IMG/VR virus record: IMGVR_UViG_3300020048_000009
Location: 32,001-96,000 of that record
Reading direction: 5' to 3' (one strand)
DNA length: 64,000 bases
Source of the DNA: a virus
Lineage: Duplodnaviria; Caudoviricetes
The number at the start of each line of letters is the position of its first letter. Position 1 is the stretch's first letter. Under the pieces are notes generated by a model that saw only the letters and a list, made by a program, of their open reading frames with translations, had not been told where the DNA came from and did not search any database. A program made the translations under genes and the position numbers. Shown here in pieces: positions 1 to 10,305 of the stretch.

Positions 1-68
1 AGTATAATGCAATAAAAAATACAAGGTGTTAGGTGTACTTATATACCATATGAGCATACAATATTAAT

Positions 69-1361
69 ATGAAAATTTACAAAATTGGCGGATGTGTTAG
101 AGATAAATTAATGAGTAGAGTACCACATGATATTGATTATTGTGTGGTTGGTTCTACTATTGATGAAATGTTATCATTAGGTTTTAAACAAGTCGGTAAA
201 GATTTTCCTGTTTTTTTACATCCTAAAACAGGCGATGAATACGCATTAGCTAGAACAGAAAGAAAAACAGGGAATAAACATACTGATTTTGCTTTTGATT
301 TTGGTAAAAATATTAATATTGAAGATGATTGTTTTCGTAGAGATTTTACTATGAATTCTATTGCTGAAGATATTACAAATTCTACTATTATTGATATGTT
401 CGGCGGACAAAATGATATTAATAATAAAATAGTTAGACATATTAATGCTCAATATTTTATACAAGATCCTTTACGGATTTTAAGGGCTTTACGTTTTTGT
501 GTAACATTAAATTTTAACTTAGCTCCTGAAACTAAAATTTTATTAAAAATTATGGTTAAAGATGGAATGTTAAAAGATTTAACACCTGAAAGAATATGGA
601 ATGAAATTGATAAAGCTTTGCAGTGTAAAAACTTTTATACTTTCATAACTCTATTAGATGAAATTGGTGGGTTACCTGATATTTTTCCAGAATTAGAACA
701 TTTAAAATATGTACCAGAGCGTGATGATTATCATGGTGAAAAAAATACATTTAATCATATTCTTTTAACATTAATACATTTAAACAATAAATTTAATAAT
801 ATCGGTGAAATTAAATATTTAAATTTTGGGCTTTTAGCTCATGATTTAGGTAAAATATTAACACCTATCGCAGACTGGCCATCACATCCAAGTCATGAAG
901 ATTCTGGTGTGAGTGTTATTGAAAAATTATGTACACGTTTAAAAGTTCCTAATGATTATAAGAAGTTTGCAATATTAGCTTGTAAATATCATATGAAAAT
1001 TTCTAAATATTTTGATATGAATATTAGTAAACGGTATAATTTTATTACAGATGTAACTAATAATTTTAGAGATAAAAGTAATTTGTCATACATTTTTTCT
1101 ATATATTTTTATGATAAGGTTGGTCGTTTAAATTTTAATTTTGATTATACAGATTTTGCGGACAAAATGGCAAATGCGTATGAAATGTTTGATGTTATTT
1201 CTAGGACAAGTGCTGATATGTTCCCAGAATTATTAAAATTTAAAGGATCACAGTTTGGAAAATTATACAGAGATAAACGTATTGAATTTTACAGAAAACA
1301 AATAAAAAAGTATAAGGATAATGACAATGCTTCTAACACGCAGGATATTCGAGACGAATAA
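69..1361 (+). CDS. cca: CCA-adding tRNA nucleotidyltransferase with HD domain
   Basis: GGCVRD..DIDY, ARTERK, RRDFTMN, DPLRILR motifs; H..HD-type C-terminal domain. Confidence 0.95.
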   Translation: MKIYKIGGCVRDKLMSRVPHDIDYCVVGSTIDEMLSLGFKQVGKDFPVFLHPKTGDEYALARTERKTGNKHTDFAFDFGKNINIEDDCFRRDFTMNSIAEDITNSTIIDMFGGQNDINNKIVRHINAQYFIQDPLRILRALRFCVTLNFNLAPETKILLKIMVKDGMLKDLTPERIWNEIDKALQCKNFYTFITLLDEIGGLPDIFPELEHLKYVPERDDYHGEKNTFNHILLTLIHLNNKFNNIGEIKYLNFGLLAHDLGKILTPIADWPSHPSHEDSGVSVIEKLCTRLKVPNDYKKFAILACKYHMKISKYFDMNISKRYNFITDVTNNFRDKSNLSYIFSIYFYDKVGRLNFNFDYTDFADKMANAYEMFDVISRTSADMFPELLKFKGSQFGKLYRDKRIEFYRKQIKKYKDNDNASNTQDIRDE

Positions 1362-1680
1362 TATATTAATGTATAACATCAAGAAAGAAAGTGAAAGCTT
1401 TCTTGATGTTTTTCTAAAACTTAAAGATTCATATAATTTTACAGTTGCAGATTTTATTGTATTATTAGAAACTCATTTACTAATGAAAAACTATTCTAAT
1501 AAAAAAATTAAAAAGTTTTTTGATATAATAAATAAAAATACACAGTCTTATATTAATAATCTAATAGAAGTTGAAAAAGAACTTGTTAATACTGAACTAG
1601 GTCGGAAAAAAGAAATTAACGAATTAATCAAAAAAGAAAAAGAATTGGAAAAATTAGATAATGAAGAAGAAAATAACTGA
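1321..1680 (+). CDS. hypothetical coiled-coil protein
   Basis: ORF overlapping the cca end; phage-like codon usage. Confidence 0.6.
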   Translation: MTMLLTRRIFETNNILMYNIKKESESFLDVFLKLKDSYNFTVADFIVLLETHLLMKNYSNKKIKKFFDIINKNTQSYINNLIEVEKELVNTELGRKKEINELIKKEKELEKLDNEEENN

Positions 1681-1870
1681 AGAAGTTGGGATGACTACAG
1701 GTATTGTTACAGGTGGCAATACTGATGTTAACACAAATGGTATACTTGGACCTGGCAATTTCCAAATTCCTGGTGGTAAAAAACCCAAAGTTCTTAAACG
1801 TAAAGCTTTTGAATCTTCATATAAAAATATATGTGAAGGTATTAAAAAGAAAGTTATCAAGCCGGTATAA
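1661..1870 (+). CDS. small hypothetical protein
   Basis: ORF in operon; ITEE/FES motifs resemble late proteins. Confidence 0.6.
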   Translation: MKKKITEEVGMTTGIVTGGNTDVNTNGILGPGNFQIPGGKKPKVLKRKAFESSYKNICEGIKKKVIKPV

Positions 1871-1899
1871 TTTAAGTAATAAGTATAAGGAAAAGTAAC

Positions 1900-2073
1900 A
1901 TGGGTAAAATATTAGAAGATTTCACAAAAGAAAATAATATTAAAATAGAAGTTTCAGATTCTATATACCAAGATATGGAAAAATATCATGGTATGTCGCC
2001 TGATAAAATAGACGCCATACTTGTTGAAATGGCAAAAAACACACAAAAGGATGAAGTAACATGTCAAAAGTAA
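1900..2073 (+). CDS. small hypothetical protein (57 aa, not in ORF track)
   Basis: MGKILEDF...TCQK; AAGGA RBS upstream; fills operon gap. Confidence 0.55.
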   Translation: MGKILEDFTKENNIKIEVSDSIYQDMEKYHGMSPDKIDAILVEMAKNTQKDEVTCQK

Positions 2074-2615
2074 TAACGTATTCAGAAAAAGAAACAGACC
2101 TTAAAACACTAGCCGTTAAAAAAGGTAAACTTGGAAAAAAAAGATATTATATTCCACAAGAAACTGACGAGCTCGTAGTTTTATTTAAAGAACAGCTTAA
2201 TTTAATTAATGATAAAGCATTAGTAGATACACATAATATAAAATTCCAAGTCAATTATATATATCCAGCGATTAGTAAAACAGTATGGGCTCATATTTTT
2301 AAAGTAACGCCTTATATGAAGATGTTTACTGATCTTGATTATGTCGTAGAAGTAAGCGGTGATATTTGGGAAATGATTGATGATGAAATGAAAAAAATCC
2401 TCTTAGAGCATGAACTTGATCATGTCTGTATTACTGAAAAAGATGATGGAACACCTGTTTTAAAAACATTAAAGCACGATGTTCAAGACTTTAGAAGTAT
2501 TATTAGAAAATATGGCATAGATTGGACTGTTAAGAAAGACCTTATATCTGAACAGTATAAAGAGATTTTGCATGAGCGTAAGCAACAGGAAAAAATTGAT
2601 AGCAAAAAGGCTTAA
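2061..2615 (+). CDS. putative phage metallopeptidase
   Basis: LLEHELDH zinc motif followed by HDVQDF. Confidence 0.75.
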   Translation: MSKVITYSEKETDLKTLAVKKGKLGKKRYYIPQETDELVVLFKEQLNLINDKALVDTHNIKFQVNYIYPAISKTVWAHIFKVTPYMKMFTDLDYVVEVSGDIWEMIDDEMKKILLEHELDHVCITEKDDGTPVLKTLKHDVQDFRSIIRKYGIDWTVKKDLISEQYKEILHERKQQEKIDSKKA

Positions 2616-2621
2616 TATAAA

Positions 2622-3218
2622 ATGTCAATTGAATCAATAACTCCAACTAATTTTTCCGGCCTTTTTATTATCACGAATGAAATATTTCGTGATAATAGAG
2701 GCGTTTTTATTCAAAATTTTCAAAAAGAAGATTTTGATGAAAAACTATCAAAATATACAGATAAAAAATATGAGTTTGTCCAAGACAATATTTCCGTTTC
2801 CGCTGATAACGTTGTCAGAGGTTTACATTATCAGTTAAAGAAACCTCAAGCAAAATTGGTATCTGTTTTAAATGGTTCTATTATCGATGTTGTAGTTGAT
2901 ATTAGAAAAGACTCAAAAACTTTTGGCAAATATTTTATCTATCAATTATATGCTGGCAGTGCAGAGCAGATATTGATACCTGAAGGTTTTGCACATGGTT
3001 TTAGGTCTTTATATGATAATACAATTGTTTCATATAAAACAACCAACCCTTATTGCAATGGTGATGAATATGGCATCATTTATAATGATCCACATTTAAA
3101 TATTGATTGGACGCTTAGCGACACATATCCTATGTGTGATGGTGATAAATTTATAGTTTCTCCTAAAGATTTATCTTATAATGAATTAATATTCACTGAA
3201 CCCTCTAAATTGTTTTAA
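2622..3218 (+). CDS. rmlC: dTDP-4-dehydrorhamnose 3,5-epimerase
   Basis: DNRGVF, QDNISVS, RGLHYQ, VDIRKDS.TFG, GFAHGF. Confidence 0.95.
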   Translation: MSIESITPTNFSGLFIITNEIFRDNRGVFIQNFQKEDFDEKLSKYTDKKYEFVQDNISVSADNVVRGLHYQLKKPQAKLVSVLNGSIIDVVVDIRKDSKTFGKYFIYQLYAGSAEQILIPEGFAHGFRSLYDNTIVSYKTTNPYCNGDEYGIIYNDPHLNIDWTLSDTYPMCDGDKFIVSPKDLSYNELIFTEPSKLF

Positions 3219-3220
3219 TT

Positions 3221-3643
3221 ATGAATACTAAAGAAAATATAAAAGAATATAAAGTTCTAGAAAATGGCGATGAGCTAATTATTGATAATAATTTTAGATA
3301 CCATTTGTTTAGAAATGAAGAAGAATTGACTAAAGGTATTGAAGCTTTAAAAGCTCAATCATATCACAATAATTATTGGAAATATAGAGATCTTAATAAT
3401 TTTGAACATTTATTTGATACAAATGGCATAGAATTGACTAAAGACATTAAAACAATGTGGGTTGAAGCATATGCTAATGGGTATTGGAAATACATGACAA
3501 AAGAGGGATTTTGGCAATTATGTAATGATAAGAACGTATGTATTACTAAAGATCCTAGTATTTTCTCAATTACAGTGTTTCCAAATGGAGATTGGGAATA
3601 TAAATTAACAGAATGGGCCATTCCAATATATGTAAGGAAATGA
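3221..3643 (+). CDS. hypothetical protein
   Basis: ORF in operon. Confidence 0.6.
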   Translation: MNTKENIKEYKVLENGDELIIDNNFRYHLFRNEEELTKGIEALKAQSYHNNYWKYRDLNNFEHLFDTNGIELTKDIKTMWVEAYANGYWKYMTKEGFWQLCNDKNVCITKDPSIFSITVFPNGDWEYKLTEWAIPIYVRK

Positions 3644-3668
3644 TAATTTATTTTAATAAATAAATTAT

Positions 3669-4109
3669 ATGATAAAAGAAAAATCCTTATATAAAAAAAA
3701 TAAATTTCATATAGATTTCTGTAACATCGATATTATATTCTATATTATAGAAGAACAAAATTTTTTAGATTTTATACAAACGCAAAAAATTAATAATATC
3801 CTAATAAAAGAATATCTTAATGACACTGATACTCCTGATGAAATGAAGTCAGGAGCAGTTATAAATGCTAATAATACGTTGTATATATTAATAACTGCCT
3901 TTAAAGGTGAGTATCTTGATATAATGAATACTATTATTCATGAGTCTACGCATGCAACACAGGAAATTTTTAGAATAATAGGTAATGATAAGGTAACCGA
4001 AGATTTAGCTGAATCTTTTGCATATTTAAATAGTTATATTGCTACTAAGATTTTAAAAACTATTTTCAAAAAAGATTCTAAGGATAAACGGTTTTATATT
4101 AAAATCTAA
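3669..4109 (+). CDS. HExxH-motif protein (possible metalloprotease)
   Basis: IIHESTHA...ESFAYL; TAAATA promoter upstream. Confidence 0.6.
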   Translation: MIKEKSLYKKNKFHIDFCNIDIIFYIIEEQNFLDFIQTQKINNILIKEYLNDTDTPDEMKSGAVINANNTLYILITAFKGEYLDIMNTIIHESTHATQEIFRIIGNDKVTEDLAESFAYLNSYIATKILKTIFKKDSKDKRFYIKI

Positions 4110-4136
4110 TAAATAATATAAAAATTATCTATAAAT

Positions 4137-5183
4137 ATGCCATATAAAACCTCAAACGGCCTTTGGAAATGGGGCAATCTAGAAAAATCGTCAAAACAAG
4201 AGTTATGTCGATTAGTTTATGGTATTTGGAAAAAACAAGGTTCTGAAGGTAGTTTTTCAAAGTTTTGGCAAAGGGGTAAAGTATTAGAATCAATTTATGA
4301 TAATGTTTTAGATTCTATAAATGAATCAAGAGTTGATTTCGCTGAAAAAAAATTAAACCCTGATATTTGGTATAAAGAAGATGATCAATTTTTTCTTAAA
4401 CAAAATATTAAAGATGAATTGTTAAAGATTAAAGATAAATTTGAAAATATTTCTAAATATACAGTTGAAAGTATTCGTTTGGTTGGAAGTAATACATCAA
4501 CTCAATATAAAAAAGATAGTGACCTTGATTTTCATATAACAATAAATACTACCAGTTTAAAAGAAATTGAAAAATGCAGAAAATTAATTGTAGATAATAT
4601 TAAGGGTAAATATTACTATAAAAAATATCCATATGAAATTTATGTGCAAGAAAATATCTTTCAAGACTTAGCCAGTATAGGATGTTATGATGTACTCAAT
4701 GATACGTGGCTGGTTGGTCCGGATCTAGTCCCAAACTCGTTCAACCCATATATAGAGTTCATTGATATATTCAGCAAGGTGGAAGCAACCTGTAGCGAGT
4801 GTGATATCGAAATTGGAAAGCTGAAAAGAACAATTCAAGATTACAAAGCATTAAAAGAAGGTTTATCTAAAATAAGTTCTAATAAAAAAACAGAACTAAA
4901 AAAATTATTAGATAAAAAATTAAAGGATATTTTTGATACTGTTGATACTTTAACAGAATTAAAAGCTGAAATACGAGATGATAGAAAAGTTTCATCTACG
5001 CCTAAATCTGAAGCGGATGCAAAAAAATTAAGAAAAAATAAACAATGGCAAAAAGCAGATGCATCATTTAAAATGATTGCCAAATATGGTTATTTACAAT
5101 TAATTTCAGATTTAGAAATAATAAAAGATTCTAAAACAAGATTTTTAGATCGTGACATAAAAGACATTGAAAAAATAGTATAA
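4137..5183 (+). CDS. Pol-beta-superfamily nucleotidyltransferase-domain protein
   Basis: LVGSN..QY..DSDLDFH and downstream YEIY acidic strand. Confidence 0.75.
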   Translation: MPYKTSNGLWKWGNLEKSSKQELCRLVYGIWKKQGSEGSFSKFWQRGKVLESIYDNVLDSINESRVDFAEKKLNPDIWYKEDDQFFLKQNIKDELLKIKDKFENISKYTVESIRLVGSNTSTQYKKDSDLDFHITINTTSLKEIEKCRKLIVDNIKGKYYYKKYPYEIYVQENIFQDLASIGCYDVLNDTWLVGPDLVPNSFNPYIEFIDIFSKVEATCSECDIEIGKLKRTIQDYKALKEGLSKISSNKKTELKKLLDKKLKDIFDTVDTLTELKAEIRDDRKVSSTPKSEADAKKLRKNKQWQKADASFKMIAKYGYLQLISDLEIIKDSKTRFLDRDIKDIEKIV

Positions 5184-5228
5184 CATTTTGTTCGAAAAGT
5201 ATAATGGATATACGTATAATTTTTTATA

Positions 5229-7136
5229 ATGTCAACACAAAATCAAAATAATATCGAAAAACCGGATTTAACTAATGTTTATCCAGGGTATAGAAATATC
5301 TCTTACCATGTTACTAATGGTAAAGGTGAAATTGTATTGGATGGATGGGATAAAGATAAAGTTCCTAAAACTTTTTATTTTCCACATTTAAGCAAAGTTG
5401 TATATGAAACAAAAGAAAAAACAGATACAAAAACATTATTTGATACATACGCACAAACTAGATATTTTAATAATAGTTACGAGCGAAAAAAATGGTTAGC
5501 GTCTATTGATAAAAATATTAATATCATTGAGGCGTTTAAACCTGAACAAGAATTTTTAGTTGATAACTTTTACGATAAAGTTTATGATAATGATTTTAAC
5601 GTTTTAGATTTACGTACACATTTCATAGATATTGAAGTTGCAATAGAAACGGAATTCTGTAAACCTACAGAAGCCAAATATCCTATTAATATTATAACGG
5701 TATATGATACATACTTAAAGAAATATTATAGTTGGGCATTGGATATGTCCATCACTAATACTATTGCAAATAAAAATATAGAATTAAGAAAATTTAATTC
5801 TGAACAGATTATGTTGCGTGATTTTATTGAATGGTTTTCTGTTAATAGACCTGATATTATTTCTGGTTGGAATATTTATTTTTTCGATATGCCGTATTTA
5901 CTTAAAAGAGTTGAGAATGTTTTAGGTAAAACATATTGTGAAAAGTTTTCATCAATTAAGCGTTATTGGTTCGCAGAGAAAAAAGACAAATTCAATAGTG
6001 CATATGTTAATATTCCCGGTGTTTCACAATTAGACTTATTAATATTGTATAGAGATAAGTTTAAAGTTAATCCTTCATTGGATGGCGGCTATAACTTAGA
6101 CAATGTTGCATTTGAAGAATTAGGTGAAAATAAAATAAAATATGAAGGTTCAATGCGTAATTTTTATAAGAATAATTTTCAAAGATTTTGGGAATATAAT
6201 ATAAAAGACGTTGAACTTTGTGTTAAAATTGAAGCCAAAAGATCACTAATTCCTTGTGCTAGACGTATTACTACTCTTGGTTTATGTCAATACGAACAAA
6301 TTTATGGTTCTATTAATTATATTATAGGCTCGGTTTGTATTTATTCTAAAAATCATCATAATAAAATTTTTAGATCTTATACTGATTATGATAATATTGG
6401 TGAAGAGTTTGAGGGTGCATACGTATTCCCAACAATGGCAGCGTTTTATAAAAATGGATGTGCATGTATTGACGTAAACTCACTATATCCCAATACAATG
6501 ATAGCTTTAAATCTATCGCCAGAAACCAAAATTGGGCAACTAATAGATAATCTAAATGGTACTTTTAATATTGTATTAGATGATGGTACTATAAAAATTA
6601 TTACAGCAGAGGTAAGAGCTAAATTATTAGAAACCAAATGTATTTTAAGTAAGAACGATACTTTATTTTATAAGCATTCTGTTAAAAAAGGTATTCTATC
6701 TGGTTGGTGTAAATATTATTTTGATAGACGTAAACATTATCAAAAGTTAGCAAAAGCCGCGGGTAAAAAAATAGAAGAACTTGAAAATCAATTAGTTATT
6801 AAAAAGCAAGAAGGTTCAGACTATAGTGCTATTGATAAAGAATTAGCAGAACAAATTAAATATAAAATGATTTATCATACTACACAGTATGCTATTAAAA
6901 TCATGTTAAACAGTGCATATGGTATGACAGGTACTAAATTTAGTCCTATTTATGATATAAATTTAGCACAAAGTATTACTTTAAATGGACAATTTGTAAA
7001 TAAATCTGTTGCAACATATCTTAAAAAGAAGTTTAATGAAAAATATAAATGTTCTGAAGATTTTGAAGTTACAATTAGCGGTGATACTGACAGTGTAGCA
7101 GGTGATACAATTTTAAATATAAGAATAGGTAAATAA
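5229..7136 (+). CDS. DNA polymerase family B, N-terminal part (exonuclease, motifs A and B, start of motif C), ending in a split intein fragment
   Basis: DIEV, GWN..FDMPY, YNIKDV, DVNSLYP, KIMLNSAYG, GDTDS; no thumb domain. Confidence 0.95.
   Translation: MSTQNQNNIEKPDLTNVYPGYRNISYHVTNGKGEIVLDGWDKDKVPKTFYFPHLSKVVYETKEKTDTKTLFDTYAQTRYFNNSYERKKWLASIDKNINIIEAFKPEQEFLVDNFYDKVYDNDFNVLDLRTHFIDIEVAIETEFCKPTEAKYPINIITVYDTYLKKYYSWALDMSITNTIANKNIELRKFNSEQIMLRDFIEWFSVNRPDIISGWNIYFFDMPYLLKRVENVLGKTYCEKFSSIKRYWFAEKKDKFNSAYVNIPGVSQLDLLILYRDKFKVNPSLDGGYNLDNVAFEELGENKIKYEGSMRNFYKNNFQRFWEYNIKDVELCVKIEAKRSLIPCARRITTLGLCQYEQIYGSINYIIGSVCIYSKNHHNKIFRSYTDYDNIGEEFEGAYVFPTMAAFYKNGCACIDVNSLYPNTMIALNLSPETKIGQLIDNLNGTFNIVLDDGTIKIITAEVRAKLLETKCILSKNDTLFYKHSVKKGILSGWCKYYFDRRKHYQKLAKAAGKKIEELENQLVIKKQEGSDYSAIDKELAEQIKYKMIYHTTQYAIKIMLNSAYGMTGTKFSPIYDINLAQSITLNGQFVNKSVATYLKKKFNEKYKCSEDFEVTISGDTDSVAGDTILNIRIGK
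7092..7133 (+). mobile_element. N-fragment (14 aa) of an atypically split, Ser1 intein at the PolB pol-c site
   Basis: GDTD|SVAGDTILNIRIGK-stop matches intein block A. Confidence 0.85.
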
Positions 7137-7138
7137 AT

Positions 7139-7348
7139 ATGAATAATGATAAAGCTCAAAAAATTTATACAATAAAAAGCGTTAACAATAAAAGCGTTAT
7201 TGTTTATGTAAATGGCGGTCAATATATAACTACAATAAGGCATGACCATACACAGGCTCTTATAAATGATACAGTTATTACTATAACTACTCCTAGAGGA
7301 AAAACAGTTCAATATTCAGTTTATGGTGCCTTTTTACGACAATTTTAA
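7139..7348 (+). CDS. small hypothetical protein
   Basis: ORF directly after polB; lacks intein C-terminal HN motif. Confidence 0.65.
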   Translation: MNNDKAQKIYTIKSVNNKSVIVYVNGGQYITTIRHDHTQALINDTVITITTPRGKTVQYSVYGAFLRQF

Positions 7349-7380
7349 TAAATAAAATAAAACATATAAAAGGTTGAATT

Positions 7381-7725
7381 ATGTCTGAAAGAATGTTTGT
7401 TACTGGATTTACGGGTGTTTATAACACTAATGATAATATATTATCTGCAGTTGTTAATAATATTAAAACTATTGCGGGAAGCGCTATTATCCCCACAAGC
7501 GCTAATATCGGATGTTTAATTAAAGGTTTTTCGGCTGCATCTAGTGGCGATTTTTTATTAAAATTATCAGATTATTCTACTATAAAAGCAACTGTTGATG
7601 ATGGTGTTTATTCTGTAGATGTTGGCTTATATACAGATAATATAAGCGTTCCTATTGATCAATTAACACTATTAACTGGAAATAATCTTACCCTAGATTT
7701 TAATGTATATTATATCCCACTATAA
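7381..7725 (+). CDS. hypothetical protein (late promoter)
   Basis: TAAATA and AAGG upstream. Confidence 0.65.
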   Translation: MSERMFVTGFTGVYNTNDNILSAVVNNIKTIAGSAIIPTSANIGCLIKGFSAASSGDFLLKLSDYSTIKATVDDGVYSVDVGLYTDNISVPIDQLTLLTGNNLTLDFNVYYIPL

Positions 7726-7731
7726 GATATA

Positions 7732-8217
7732 TTAAAGATTTTTTAAATCCTTATCGGTTATAATTACAAAATTATAACCTTTTTCTTTTGCCATTTTTTT
7801 AGCGGCTGTCCATTTTGACATATTTTTAATATATGCCTGAGATTCTAGGATTTTAGTGGGAGCCATTGTAACGTTAACATCATTTTTTGATTTAACTTCT
7901 ATCCAAACCTTTTGTGTACCATTTTGGGTTTTTATTGTCGCAACAAAATCAATATAATATTTTCGCTTAATGGGTTGTGCTCCACGATCTAATAACAACG
8001 GGCTCTTGTCCCAATATTCTATTGCAAAAGGTTCATAACTCCAATTTATAACATTTTGGTTATTATCTAAATATACCATTGTTTTTAATTCAAGTTTTGA
8101 TTTATAATGAGGTAATGCGTTACTTTTATATTTTTCTTTATTCCTAGGACTATATACACCGTGTAATGATTTATATTTACCTGATTTTTTTAAATTATTT
8201 AATGATACAAACCCCAT
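7732..8217 (-). CDS. T4 gp4-like head completion nuclease (TnsA-like fold)
   Basis: YKSKLE..TMVYLD.N.NVINWSYEP..I.Y...RKYYIDF...IEVK. Confidence 0.85.
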   Translation of the reverse strand: MGFVSLNNLKKSGKYKSLHGVYSPRNKEKYKSNALPHYKSKLELKTMVYLDNNQNVINWSYEPFAIEYWDKSPLLLDRGAQPIKRKYYIDFVATIKTQNGTQKVWIEVKSKNDVNVTMAPTKILESQAYIKNMSKWTAAKKMAKEKGYNFVIITDKDLKNL

Positions 8218-8313
8218 AATTAAGTCCTTTTACATATAAAAACATACAAACATTTTAAATTATTTATTAAAAAATGTAAAATTTAAATATAAAAATAGAA
8301 CGTAAAAGGATTT

Positions 8314-8718
8314 ATGAAAGCTAATAATACAACAACAACATATCTATATTATCTTGATGGACAATTAATGTATACATTACCATTAGTTAAAGAAAATGAA
8401 ACAGCATATTCAGTAGAATCGCCGGTTATATGTACAGTACAATATTTAAATGAAGAACACACAGAAAAACAAATTATTCTTTATACCAATCCTGAAATTT
8501 TAAAAGAAGAACGCTTTTTCTTAGCCGGTTTAATCGCTGCCATAAAAGAACAAAATGAAGAAATAATTATACAAGATGATAAAGATGAAAATATGATGTA
8601 TAAAGTTGTATGTAAAAAAGATGGATTATATTTTAATGATAAACTAGTTAATCCAATGTATAAAATAGATTTAATAGAAGCTAATAAATTCTTTGCAAAA
8701 GAAATTGTAATAAAATGA
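8314..8718 (+). CDS. hypothetical protein
   Basis: ORF with AAAGGA RBS. Confidence 0.6.
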   Translation: MKANNTTTTYLYYLDGQLMYTLPLVKENETAYSVESPVICTVQYLNEEHTEKQIILYTNPEILKEERFFLAGLIAAIKEQNEEIIIQDDKDENMMYKVVCKKDGLYFNDKLVNPMYKIDLIEANKFFAKEIVIK

Positions 8719-9401
8719 AGATAGAATTAAAAGATAATGAATGGATAATAACCGATACTACTATTAATTTAACCAGTAATATCGAAAGATCCATTAGTAT
8801 ATGTGTTTCAAATAAAAACAAGTGCACTCTTAATTCAGTAGATTTATCATTAGGTGTTGGAAATTTTTATTATTTTATAGATAGATTTTTTAGAAATTCT
8901 TTTCCGCCTGGTGCTGCACTACATGAAGTGTTAACATTAACACAAAAGAGATTTATTAGAGATGTAGATTTACGTAGTAATATTCTTATTAATTCTGATA
9001 GAAACCAGGGAAAAACTTATATTATGGCAATGTATTGTCTATATAGTCTAATTTGTGATTATTATAATGAAAATAGTAAAGGTACTGATAATATTGTTTT
9101 CATTACACATACTGATGCGTCTAAACAAAATGTACGAAATTATTTTAATAACATTTTAATGCAAAATGATTTATTTAAATATTTTAAAATGGAACAAGAT
9201 AGAAGCAAAATTAAAATGGGAAGTAACGCTGTTCATTTTGTTACTTATAGTTGTAATAATGCAATAAAGGGTATGGGTTCTAAAATATTAGTATGTGATG
9301 AATTACAACAAGCAACCCAGCAACAACAAGATAATATGCTTGCTGCTATTGTACCAACACTATATTACAATAAAAATTCCAAGATTATAAGTAGTATTTA
9401 A
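8715..9401 (+). CDS. terminase-large-subunit-like ATPase domain only
   Basis: Q motif, RNQGKT Walker A, IKG...ILVCDE Walker B; ends at SKIISSI. Confidence 0.65.
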   Translation: MKIELKDNEWIITDTTINLTSNIERSISICVSNKNKCTLNSVDLSLGVGNFYYFIDRFFRNSFPPGAALHEVLTLTQKRFIRDVDLRSNILINSDRNQGKTYIMAMYCLYSLICDYYNENSKGTDNIVFITHTDASKQNVRNYFNNILMQNDLFKYFKMEQDRSKIKMGSNAVHFVTYSCNNAIKGMGSKILVCDELQQATQQQQDNMLAAIVPTLYYNKNSKIISSI

Positions 9402-10225
9402 AATCTACTACCTGGTAAATATTCTAATTTCTTTTCTACACTAAAGCTTGTATCAAAATATTTCATAAGTGTATTATATATAGAATTTAAATCCGCATGT
9501 GGGAATACCATTTTATATTTGTTGGCATATTCTATAAATTTATTAATAATTGATGATGCTTGTTCTTTTGTAATATCGGAATGAATATTAAAAAATAAGC
9601 TATTAATTATTTTTACTAGTTTATTTCTAGTGACTATAAAATTATTATCTATTCCATAGTCTAATAATAATAGATATGCGTTATATCCATTAATAGTAAA
9701 GTCACTGATAAGAGCACTTATAAAATCTTCTGTATTAACTGGTTTATATTTTAGGTTTTTATATTTTGCATCTTCGTCTAAATTTTTACAAGCGTTATAA
9801 TTTCCTGTAATATTTACTATACAGGGAATATTCATTTTATTTTTTACTCTGTCTGGAATTATTATTAAAGTAATTATTCCATTATAATTTACGTCTACTC
9901 TATCAGGTAATACCTTTTTACAATCTAACATATTTTGATTATAATTTTTCCAATAGTTTGATATTTCGCTTTGTATACTTTTAGCTTCTTCAGGACGTAA
10001 TCTTGTATTTAAATTAATATCACATTTCCATGTTCCATCTGAATTATTACGGGACCATTTTAAAATATAATTTTTACCGTTAAAGTCCATACTGTTTATA
10101 AAACCAAAAGTTTCTATTGCTCCTGTATATGCTTCTAATATTTTATCATCAGGATTAAACGCTGAAACTTTTGGTTTAATATAATTATCTATTGGAAAAT
10201 CTGGACTATATGTTAGCCATTTCAT
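9398..10225 (-). CDS. hypothetical protein (late promoter)
   Basis: 275 aa ORF; GATAAATA upstream on minus strand. Confidence 0.65.
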   Translation of the reverse strand: MKWLTYSPDFPIDNYIKPKVSAFNPDDKILEAYTGAIETFGFINSMDFNGKNYILKWSRNNSDGTWKCDINLNTRLRPEEAKSIQSEISNYWKNYNQNMLDCKKVLPDRVDVNYNGIITLIIIPDRVKNKMNIPCIVNITGNYNACKNLDEDAKYKNLKYKPVNTEDFISALISDFTINGYNAYLLLLDYGIDNNFIVTRNKLVKIINSLFFNIHSDITKEQASSIINKFIEYANKYKMVFPHADLNSIYNTLMKYFDTSFSVEKKLEYLPGSRF

Positions 10226-10305
10226 TAACTTTATCTCTCTTTTTATATATTATTTATCACAAATATGTATAATTTAAATAATAAACGACTAAAAAGTATT
10301 TTACT

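Noticed and set aside
7139-7348. Intein C-fragment adjacent to polB
   Set aside because: No block B/F/G motifs or terminal HN, and no PolB sequence follows.
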